Below are positions 1 through 11,651 of a stretch of DNA of 64,000 nt, piece by piece (positions within the stretch are counted from its first letter, which is position 1; each line of letters opens with the position of its first letter). Both the position numbers and the translations under genes were made by a program. The notes below the pieces were generated by a model. That model searched no databases. It was not told the DNA's origin and was given only the letters and a program-made list of their open reading frames with translations. Origin of the DNA: Flectonema sp. DT1601 (lineage: Eukaryota); contig OZ025787.1 in the NCBI GenBank assembly GCA_964019425.1, forward strand, positions 868,001-932,000, given 5' to 3'.

Positions 1-407
1 AGCAGAGGGGGAACCTGTTGTGTTGAATAATAATTTATTAAACCATTCTTCACACCAAATACGTCATTTCATTAACGAACTATCTCTACTCGGGTAAATG
101 AACGAAAGCAAAGCAATAAAAGAGAATTCAAGAATTCTGGAGCAATGAGTTACAAGGCAGAGTACTCAATAAATAAACAAAACAGAAATACTACTTGGTG
201 TAAATAACATGAGGCAATAACTGGCATAACAGAAATTATCAACCGACAAGCTGCAAAAACTGATTAAAAGAAAACACGGATACTCAAATACGCTACTAAT
301 CGGAGACTACACGCAGTGGTGAGATGTACCGAAGCAGACATCTGCAACGATTAGTGCAAAAGAAATGAAGAGAAAATCTAAGAAACGAGCAAAAGAGAGG
401 CAGCGAC

Positions 408-3400
408 TCAATACGACGTACTGCCAAACGCAATTGGAGGAAAGTGATTGCGAATCTTCTCCCGGTCACCAGTTGTGATACTGACTGAGTTCAATGTACG
501 TAATTTCGGTAAAAAAGTCAGAACTTTCTGTTTGTAACCAGGAGTATCCTCTACAGGATTACCTCCAGTCATCAAACATATTAGTTGAGGGAAACCAGAC
601 AGAGATTCTATCTGTTTGTTTGTTTGTTTGTTTGTTTTATTAACGTCTGTGACTATAATTAGATCATTAGTAGAAGTAATAATAACTACAACACAACATA
701 CCTCAGTTATCTCTTTTATATTATTACCCTGCAGATTTAGAAATCTAAGAGATCGCATATCGAAGAGAGTTTCTGGTATCTGTTTTATGTTTTTTACTTC
801 AGTGCCTTTTTACAATAAACCAATAAAGGGTCTGGGCTCCACCTTAACACTAAGTGAAGCTTATTGAAAGATGCTTCGTAGCTGACTCGGGCGCCGTTAT
901 GATACTCTGAGGACTCTTTCTCTCACATGATATGCGAAGGATTCGACAATCCTAAACAAACTATTCACACGTTTGTCTCTTGGCTCCACCTTAACACTAA
1001 GTGAAGCTTATTGAAAGATGCTTCGTAGCTGACTCGGGCGCCGTTAGGATACCTCACTTGACACGCGAAGGATTTGACAATCCTAAACAAACTATTCACA
1101 CGTTTGTCTCTTGGCTCCACCTTAACACTAAGTGAAGCTTATTGAGAGATGCTTCGTAGCTGACTCGGGCGCCGTTATGATACTCTGAGGACTCTTTCTC
1201 TCACATGATATGCGAAGGATTCGACAATCCTAAACAAACTATTCACACGTTTGTCTCTTGGCTCCACCTTAACACTAAGTGAAGCTTATTGAAAGATGCT
1301 TCGTAGCTGACTCGGGCGCCGTTATGATACTCTGAGGACTCTTTCTCTCACATGATATGCGAAGGATTCGACAATCCTAAACAAACTATTCACACGTTTG
1401 TCTCTTGGCTCCACCTTAACACTAAGTGAAGCTTATTGAAAGATGCTTCGTAGCTGACTCGGGCGCCGTTATGATACTCTGAGGACTCTTTCTCTCACAT
1501 GATATGCGAAGGATTCGACAATCCTAAACAAACTATTCACACGTTTGTCTCTTGGCTCCACCTTAACACTAAGTGAAGCTTATTGAGAGATGCTTCGTAG
1601 CTGACTCGGGCGCCGTTAGGATACCTCACTTGACACGCGAAGGATTTGACAATCCTAAACAAACTATTCGCACGTTTGTCTCTTGGCTCCACCTTAACAC
1701 TAAGTGAAGCTTATTGAAAGATGCTTCGTAGCTGACTCGGGCGCCGTTATGATACTCTGAGGACTCTCTCTCTCACATGATATGCGAAGGATTCGACAAT
1801 CCTAAACAAACTATTCACACGTTTGTCTCTTGGCTCCACCTTAACACTAAGTGAAGCTTATTGAAAGATGCTTCGTAGCTGACTCGGGCGCCGTTATGAT
1901 ACTCTGAGGACTCTTTCTCTCACATGATATGCGAAGGATTCGACAATCCTAAACAAACTATTCACACGTTTGTCTCTTGGCTCCACCTTAACACTAAGTG
2001 AAGCTTATTGAGAGATGCTTCGTAGCTGACTCGGGCGCCGTTATGATACTCTGAGGACTCTTTCTCTCACATGATATGCGAAGGATTCGACAATCCTAAA
2101 CAAACTATTCACACGTTTGTCTCTTGGCTCCACCTTAACACTAAGTGAAGCTTATTGAGAGATGCTTCGTAGCTGACTCGGGCGCCGTTAGGATACCTCA
2201 CTTGACACGCGAAGGATTTGACAATCCTAAACAAACTATTCACACGTTTGTCTCTTGGCTCCACCTTAACACTAAGTGAAGCTTATTGAGAGATGCTTCG
2301 TAGCTGACTCGGGCGCCGTTATGATACTCTGAGGACTCTTTCTCTCACATGATATGCGAAGGATTCGACAATCCTAAACAAACTATTCACACGTTTGTCT
2401 CTTGGCTCCACCTTAACACTAAGTGAAGCTTATTGAGAGATGCTTCGTAGCTGACTCGGGCGCCGTTATGATACTCTGAGGACTCTTTCTCTCACATGAT
2501 ATGCGAAGGATTCGACAATCCTAAACAAACTATTCACACGTTTGTCTCTTGGCTCCACCTTAACACTAAGTGAAGCTTATTGAGAGATGCTTCGTAGCTG
2601 ACTCGGGCGCCGTTATGATACTCTGAGGACTCTTTCTCTCACATGATATGCGAAGGATTCGACAATCCTAAACAAACTATTCACACGTTTGTCTCTTGGC
2701 TCCACCTTAACACTAAGTGAAGCTTATTGAGAGATGCTTCGTAGCTGACTCGGGCGCCGTTATGATACTCTGAGGACTCTTTCTCTCACATGATATGCGA
2801 AGGATTCGACAATCCTAAACAAACTATTCACACGTTTGTCTCTTGGCTCCACCTTAACACTAAGTGAAGCTTATTGAGAGATGCTTCGTAGCTGACTCGG
2901 GCGCCGTTAGGATACCTCACTTGACACGCGAAGGATTTGACAATCCTAAACAAACTATTCACACGTTTGTCTCTTGGCTCCACCTTAACACTAAGTGAAG
3001 CTTATTGAGAGATGCTTCGTAGCTGACTCGGGCGCCGTTATGATACTCTGAGGACTCTTTCTCTCACATGATATGCGAAGGATTCGACAATCCTAAACAA
3101 ACTATTCACACGTTTGTCTCTTGGCTCCACCTTAACACTAAGTGAAGCTTATTGAGAGATGCTTCGTAGCTGACTCGGGCGCCGTTATGATACTCTGAGG
3201 ACTCTCCCTCTCTCACATGATATGCGAAGGATTTGACAATCCTCCACTTTAACTGACTCGGCGGACCTTAAATAATGTGTCAGAAAGTTGATAATAAACA
3301 TACCTGAGTGAGACAGTTTTGGGATATATTAAGTGATGTGATACTTGAAGAACCTTTATGAATAATACTATTAAGAGATTGATTAAGATTTGAGATATCC

Positions 3401-3801
3401 TTCAAGTGATTACCAGCTAGTTGAATATTCTTAACTGCGTATAAAGGATTATCTCCAGTTGATTTCTTTAATCCAGGAACAGGAGCTCTTGGTGTCGTTG
3501 TCAACAGGTTTGTGGGGTCATTAAGTCCTAAGAAGGAAAAGTCAAGTTGGTGAGGAGTCTTTAAAGAACTCTCTTCTTCTTCATGTTTGACGCAACTCTT
3601 TTTCTTCTTCTTTCGCTTTTCTTCTTTGGTAGCCTTTCTTACCGAAGGTAATTTCAACTTTTTATTATTTCCATCACTTGCTATACAATTTGATACTCCT
3701 TTAGTTCCTTCCCTTAAAGATGATCCCAACGATCGTTTTCTTTCCGCAATTCGCCTCCGAGAGCAAGTGTTCGACTCATTTATCGGAGGCAACTTCAACA
3801 T
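408..3801 (-). CDS. LRRC51: LRRC51-like leucine-rich repeat protein, ~259 aa; exons 3801-3304, 779-702, 611-408
   Basis: GT-AG splicing (introns 780-3303, 612-701) gives the in-frame product ...LDFSFLGL...NISQNCLTQ|IPETLFDMRSLRFLNLQGNNIKEITE|IESLSGFPQL...GNPVEDTPGYKQKVL. This matches the LRRC51 pattern I recall (LDYSF, LRRs, GNP..E..GYR cap). Confidence 0.8.
835..3243. repeat. Tandem array of 16 complete units plus 1 partial (147-bp long and 131-bp short variants) inside LRRC51 intron 1
   Basis: The GGCTCCACCTTAACAC anchor occurs at 835, 982, 1113, 1260, 1407, 1554, 1685, 1832, 1979, 2126, 2257, 2404, 2551, 2698, 2845, 2976 and 3123. Confidence 0.97.
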
Positions 3802-4736
3802 TTTGGTGTTGATGATGAATAGCTGTCAAATAAATAAATTAATACAACTCTTTGAACCACCCTACGAATATGAAAGCAAAGATGAGAATGCGTCTTCGTC
3901 AACATAATAATGGTTTGAATAGATTCTCAGAGTATTAGCATCACAAGAGGGAAAATATAATCGCAATAAAAAGATTAGGTCAAAGTACTTTTGAGTTGAC
4001 AAAAAGATAATAACAATCTGGGTAAACAGTCTGTAAATGTCTACAGACTGACAGAGTTATAATCGTCTGAAGACATGATTCTTTTTCCTTGTTCAGTGTA
4101 ATTAAATAAAAAGTAACTTGAAACCGTAGCTTTGGGCTCGGCTAAACCCAAAAAAAGATTTGGGACTATAAAAATGAAACAATCACAACTTCGCAGTGGT
4201 CACATCAAATCACTGTCACAGATTTCATAAAACAGGTGCAAAATTCAGGTAGTGACTTGCTGAAGAAAGATTCTTCTGCGTGTTAGAATATTTGATTTAG
4301 TATTTTACCCAATAAATTAAATAGCGTACAACAAGTCACAAACCCGTTCACCCTTAATTGCCCCAAGCATTAATATTTGCAAGGGGCTTTAAAAAGAAGC
4401 ACCATAAGGGCAACATGAATAACTCTCACAAGGAACAAAATTAAAAGGAAGCTCAAAAGAGACTGAACTGGCTAGGGTTCGACCAAATGGGGGGTGAGGT
4501 GTTTGAGCATACTTAAAAAGACATAAAGAAATTGTATTGAGATAGAGTTAATACTAAATTAAACGTTAGCAATTTATGAGACTAAACGAGGAAGTGGGGC
4601 CTAATGTAATACAATGACTCCTTCTCTTCCTGGCAGGAGAGGTTAGGGAATGAAAAGATCACAATATCCGAATACATTTATTGAAGCATGGCGGACTGCG
4701 ACCCTATCAATGAAGAGAATAAGTTGTGAATCACAA

Positions 4737-7406
4737 TTACTTAAACAGTTCTGGTGACTGTTCTTTAATTCTGTTCAACTGGTCAGGATTTACTAACAGA
4801 GAAGGTGATCTGTCAAGTATGGTTGATGCGAGAATTAAAATTGAATTCTCAACCTGAGTAATAGGATTAATATTATTCTTATAAACAGTTTCCATTAACG
4901 AATTACTAAAACAGTGAGACGATGGAAGGATGACATGCAGCTCAGCATCCTCAATTGGAATGGCACCACTTTTAGTGAGAGCGTCCAATAAATCAAAACA
5001 CTGATTGTGGTGAACTTTCTTCTGTTCAGAATTCATTACTAGTGTTTGCTCGCCACCGAGAAGGGAAGGAAAATGTTTTTTTTCCCAAATTTCTGAAACC
5101 TTAAGTTGTGTAGGTCGCAAACTATTATAAATATCAAAAGATTCCATACGAGCTTCTAGTCTAGAAGGTAACGTGTTGATACTGAAGTCTTCAGATGTGG
5201 TTGTTGTTTCTGTGGCTCGTGGTGATTCACCAGAGTTTGTTGCAGAAGTAGAATCAGGAGTATTATTATTATTATTATTAGTGTTGTTACTACTAGTTAT
5301 TGTGTTACAAGAACTTACAGGAGAAGCTTTCCCTCTCCGTAAACTCATCCTCTTCTTTTTGCATGGCGCAGCAATCTTCTTTTCACACTCCTCAAATACG
5401 GCCAATTCTTCTACTGCTGCTTCCACTTGTCTCCGCTGCTGAGCTTCAAGTATTTCTTCTTTCTTCGCGTCATTTATAATAGATTTCACTGCTAAAACAT
5501 GTTCTTTAACAGCTTTCAACTTATTTGATGTTTGGTTTGGAGAGTCTGAAGAAATATCGACCCACTCAGTATCAGTTTCTGCCTCATATGAAAGGAGGTC
5601 ACTAGGAATTTGATACTCAATAAATAATGCAAGTAGGTGTTGGGTTAATTGAATCTCCTTAGTGAGTGAATTCGGAGGGAGGTTCAACACTTTTTCTAAT
5701 TGTGGTTTTATTTGAATGATTACAATTCCGAACAATGTTCCAGCCAGTTGCATCTCTCGGTAAGATTTCGCAAAACGACGTTGCTCAGGAGAGAGGCTCT
5801 CAATTCTTTCTTTAAATTCCTTCGGTGTCGGAATGGTTTCCAATAATATGGGTATACGATAATCATCTTTATCTCTTACTATCATTGACTCAGTTGGAAT
5901 GAATAAATCATTTCCCCCAATCTTCCCAAGCAACATTGCATAACAACTAAACTGTCTGGCTCTTACTGACATTATCAACGAGGTTTCTGATTCAGAACCA
6001 AAATTATAATTAACGTATCCGTGGATGTATTTCTTACCCGTAAATGATACTTTAGCAGAAGCATTCAACTCAAAGGTCATTGGAGGATCATGTGCAATGA
6101 CTCGAGGAACTGTTTGAATTGGTTGATTATTGTAATCAGCAACAACACTAAGAACTCCCTCAGGTGTCTTTCCATCTTTACGAACTGCGTATGAGAATCC
6201 TTCGATTCTACATGTGTCGCTTCGGAATGTATTTCTATTATGGTAGTCCATGTATTCACAGAAGTCTGGTCGGTACAAGTGTTTACCAATTGCAGCAACT
6301 AGTTGGTTCATAAGCATCTGTTCAATATAATAAATACCGTCGTGGAAATATTGTGACAGTCTTACTAAGTGGTGGCAGAGGTTCGATAATTTTAATGTTT
6401 TCGAGTTTATAAGAAGTTTTCCAGACGTCATTGATGAAAATTTTGAAAACATTTCATCCAAAGACCTCTTATGCTCCAAAAGTAGCGCCTGGCAATCATT
6501 CGCTTGCAGCATAGCTGGAGGACTCCTGCCATCTGTGATGCGTAACACCTCTGCTGACGATTCTGAATTATTTTCCAAGATTGGTATCACTGGAATGAAA
6601 GCTTCCTTATGAAGACAATCAGAAAGTGTTACTTCTTTACTCTCAGAAAGATGTGTTTCTTGGACACTAAAAACTTCACTAATAGCTGTCTGAACTGCAT
6701 TACTCCACATAGAGATTTCCTCAGCAAAGGCAATCGCTAATGCTACAGAAGGGTTATTACTTGGTGTTCGACAGCTAGTTGGTGAACGATCTATTTTAAA
6801 CGCTACGTTAGTATGTTCTAATAACCACGTGATGGTTACGTCAACAGGGTCTGAAATAGAATTCTTTGGATAAGGAGAATCTTCAGTAGTTGTTTTCAGA
6901 TCTATTTTATTTGCACACGACACGTCACTTAATGAAATACTAATATTTGGATCATTTCCCGGATACAGAAACAGTTTGTGTTGTACTTCGTAACTCCAGA
7001 ACCACTCAGTTATAGTTGTGATTGTCTTATCAGTGCGAGTTGAAGTACTACTGGACCCACTGTTCTTATATTCCGTCACGTACTTTGTGGCATTTTCAAC
7101 TTCTCTCTTTGCGCTCTTTATGAAAGTGCAATTCTTCTCAACTTGGTATCGGAGGGAAACTTGTTTCCCGGCTTTCAGCCATTCCGAAATCTTCGACATG
7201 TCAAAGGTTCCCATCATTCCCATACTATCCTGGTACCCCCCTACTGCAGCTTGAGTCAAAAATTCAGCCAATTCGTACTTATCTCCGTAGCTGTGATTTA
7301 CATCAGCAGCGTATGTTGGGTTTCTTGTACTGTCGAGAACTCGCTTAACTGATTCCAATGCTTTCTCGATCTGACCATGGACTCTTGTTGGATCATAGTA
7401 TTTCAT
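4737..7406 (-). CDS. Uncharacterised 889-aa protein (globular, probably a conserved protist family)
   Basis: Long uninterrupted ORF with complex composition, including the block RARQFS...IPTPKEFKERIESLSPEQRRFAKSYREMQL...QIKPQLEKVLNLP. I recognise no function. Confidence 0.85.
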   Translation of the reverse strand: MKYYDPTRVHGQIEKALESVKRVLDSTRNPTYAADVNHSYGDKYELAEFLTQAAVGGYQDSMGMMGTFDMSKISEWLKAGKQVSLRYQVEKNCTFIKSAKREVENATKYVTEYKNSGSSSTSTRTDKTITTITEWFWSYEVQHKLFLYPGNDPNISISLSDVSCANKIDLKTTTEDSPYPKNSISDPVDVTITWLLEHTNVAFKIDRSPTSCRTPSNNPSVALAIAFAEEISMWSNAVQTAISEVFSVQETHLSESKEVTLSDCLHKEAFIPVIPILENNSESSAEVLRITDGRSPPAMLQANDCQALLLEHKRSLDEMFSKFSSMTSGKLLINSKTLKLSNLCHHLVRLSQYFHDGIYYIEQMLMNQLVAAIGKHLYRPDFCEYMDYHNRNTFRSDTCRIEGFSYAVRKDGKTPEGVLSVVADYNNQPIQTVPRVIAHDPPMTFELNASAKVSFTGKKYIHGYVNYNFGSESETSLIMSVRARQFSCYAMLLGKIGGNDLFIPTESMIVRDKDDYRIPILLETIPTPKEFKERIESLSPEQRRFAKSYREMQLAGTLFGIVIIQIKPQLEKVLNLPPNSLTKEIQLTQHLLALFIEYQIPSDLLSYEAETDTEWVDISSDSPNQTSNKLKAVKEHVLAVKSIINDAKKEEILEAQQRRQVEAAVEELAVFEECEKKIAAPCKKKRMSLRRGKASPVSSCNTITSSNNTNNNNNNTPDSTSATNSGESPRATETTTTSEDFSINTLPSRLEARMESFDIYNSLRPTQLKVSEIWEKKHFPSLLGGEQTLVMNSEQKKVHHNQCFDLLDALTKSGAIPIEDAELHVILPSSHCFSNSLMETVYKNNINPITQVENSILILASTILDRSPSLLVNPDQLNRIKEQSPELFK

Positions 7407-7637
7407 TGGATGGTAGTAGTAGTTTTGTATCTAAATGGGGGAAATAAGTTAAACAGCAACACCAAACAACAATAACAACTATTATAATGTGCGTTCACAA
7501 TAAGCAGAAGCTGTGGAAACAGATCCACTTAAGGTGAACTACTATTTCAAAAAAGGGGGAATAGATAATAATATTTATAATTATCAGATTAATAACCTAA
7601 AACAGAACTGCAATCAAAGAGGTTGGCGAAGAAGCTT

Positions 7638-9032
7638 TTACTTTGAGGTGAGCCGGTCAACAGATTTTATTATTTCATTCTTTTTCATCTTTGTAAACGT
7701 TGGGACGACGTCTTCGATGTATTTCTTCTTTAAAAGGGTTCGGAGTTCTTGTTGATTTTTGTGTCTCCGGTAGAACATTCGGTTGTTAGATTCGGTAACA
7801 CCTTCGGTGGTGAGTTTGCGAGATTGGTGTGGTTGTTTCCATTTCTCAACAATTCGCTTCGTGACTTCCTGTTCCCGAACCAACCCCTCATAGAATACTC
7901 TGTGAATCAAAACATCTTCTTCATCTCTGCGAAGAGTTTTCTTCGCAACATGCTGACTGAAGTTAGTTTCTTGTAACTCATCAGCAACAATCGCTTTTTG
8001 AGTTCGAATTTCCAGCTCTCGATCGTGAAGTCGAGCAGACAACTCATTCTGAGCAGCCAATCGAAGTTTATTCCCTCTGTCTATTTCAGGAAGATGTTTT
8101 CTCTTTGTTGGTATTGATAGCCTTGTTGCTGCTGCTTCGATATCCTTCGCTATTCTTTTATGAACTCTTGGTGACGATCCATGAGCAGGTAATATGGGAG
8201 CAGTATATTTCTTTTGCATTGCATTGTGACCTCGTAGGACTCTTTCTTCATCTTTTCCTAAAGAGAGTTTCTGCAGTTGTTCTAAATATTTTTTATTTAT
8301 TTGAGACTTCTCATGTCCAGTGTTCTCAAGAAGTGCTAACATTTCTAGGAGATTGGCTGAAGCGTCTTGAAATTCCTGCCCCGTTAGTTTTTTACGAGTT
8401 TCTTGGTATTTCTTTATGTTTTCTTCTATTATTGCTATTTCTTTATCCTTAACTGATAATTGTTGTTTTCTTAAAGCCTTGAGACTGTCTATGGATTGCT
8501 GTTTTTTGATTGCCTCTTCCAGATTTTTATTATCTGATGCAATTCCAACATTTCTACCAGCCGTTGTTTGTTTATTTACCATCGATTGATGTCTTTTTAG
8601 GGTTTCTGATTTTTGTGTTTTTGTATTCTCCTCCGCGAGTTGTTTTTGTGCCTTCATACCTCTCAGAATTCGCTCTTCCTCATGAGTGAGTTTTAGAGCT
8701 TTTGAATCATACTTTTCTTCTATTCGTGTTATTTCTGCTTCTGTGCTGTCTACAGTCGTAAGCAGTTCTTGCTTTTGTTCGAGTAAGGCGAGTCTCGCTG
8801 CTGCTTTATCTTCTGTGTCTAGTTTTGTGTTTACTTCAGTTAGTTTAATTTTTAAATCAGATAACTTTTCATTCTCCTGTTCCAGCTCTGCTGTTTTCTC
8901 TTCTTGTTGAGCTTCAATTTGTCGTATCTTTTCTTTTGCCTTATTTCGTGAATCCACTTCTTCTATTAGAGCTTTTGACTGGATTCTCTTTATGGGAGTA
9001 GAGGTTTCCCTTGACTCTGTTGGGCTTTCCAT
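7638..9032 (-). CDS. Coiled-coil protein, 464 aa
   Basis: E/K/Q-rich heptad-like ORF, preceded by a U-rich tract and CAG at 9086-9101. Confidence 0.8.
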   Translation of the reverse strand: MESPTESRETSTPIKRIQSKALIEEVDSRNKAKEKIRQIEAQQEEKTAELEQENEKLSDLKIKLTEVNTKLDTEDKAAARLALLEQKQELLTTVDSTEAEITRIEEKYDSKALKLTHEEERILRGMKAQKQLAEENTKTQKSETLKRHQSMVNKQTTAGRNVGIASDNKNLEEAIKKQQSIDSLKALRKQQLSVKDKEIAIIEENIKKYQETRKKLTGQEFQDASANLLEMLALLENTGHEKSQINKKYLEQLQKLSLGKDEERVLRGHNAMQKKYTAPILPAHGSSPRVHKRIAKDIEAAATRLSIPTKRKHLPEIDRGNKLRLAAQNELSARLHDRELEIRTQKAIVADELQETNFSQHVAKKTLRRDEEDVLIHRVFYEGLVREQEVTKRIVEKWKQPHQSRKLTTEGVTESNNRMFYRRHKNQQELRTLLKKKYIEDVVPTFTKMKKNEIIKSVDRLTSK

Positions 9033-9085
9033 GGTGTGGCAGTATCTGTGTACTCGGTCAAGTTTCCCTCTTATTTAGAATTGAC

Positions 9086-9118
9086 CTGTAATGAAAAAAA
9101 AGTGCAACAAAACAGAGT
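9086..9118 (-). promoter_or_regulatory. Putative trans-splice acceptor (U-rich tract + CAG) upstream of the 464-aa gene
   Basis: Minus strand reads CTCTGTTTTGTTGCACTTTTTTTTCATTACAG, ~53 nt before the ATG. Similar sites occur at 7431, 17125, 19642 and 22374. Confidence 0.5.
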
Positions 9119-9354
9119 ACAACGACAGAACAAATTAATCACACATTACATTGTCACTAGTCACGCGGAATGCTGAAATCGAAAAACGAATTCGGCGGCT
9201 AAAAAAGTAAAAGGCAAAAGTAAAACAAAATCAGGGAGGAATAAGAACACGAACGTGTGTTCTTTATAAGAGTAATTATTTAAAAGGTTTTTTTTGGAAC
9301 AAATGAAACTCAAAACGTTTCAAGAGAGAGGTTGTCGTACGATTCGTATCAGAC

Positions 9355-11338
<1,984 letters not shown>

Positions 11339-11651
11339 TTATAGCACCACACGACCCTCATCTTGAACAGTGTGTTAGTCAGCTCTATCGAAAAATAAAT
11401 AAAGAATACACAATTCCATCTTATAACAGCAGTGTAAAGAATAAGGTTAACAACAATATGGAAAAGTAAGTACCAAATGCTATCTAAACAGAACATAACT
11501 ACCCACGGAAGTGAGTATTAATCAATAACTGGTGTGTATAGTGCAACGGGACCCAAATAATAGAACTCTCGATATTACAGTTGACGGTGTACTTAAAATT
11601 AAAAGGGAAGGCGAAAAGGCATGGAGGTCAGCTTACTGAGGCGCAGCAACA

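Noticed and set aside
900..960. Hammerhead ribozyme in the repeat (CTGAGGA...GAAG + hairpin)
   Set aside because: The core reads GAAG rather than GAAA, stems I and II cannot form, and the short variant deletes CTGAGGA.
835..982. Repeat as an SL RNA, 5S or tRNA gene array
   Set aside because: No recognisable euglenozoan SL exon, 5S sequence or cloverleaf; only a superficially T-arm-like hairpin.
835..3243. CRISPR-like array
   Set aside because: Whole units repeat with no unique spacers, the context is a eukaryotic intron, and no cas genes are present.
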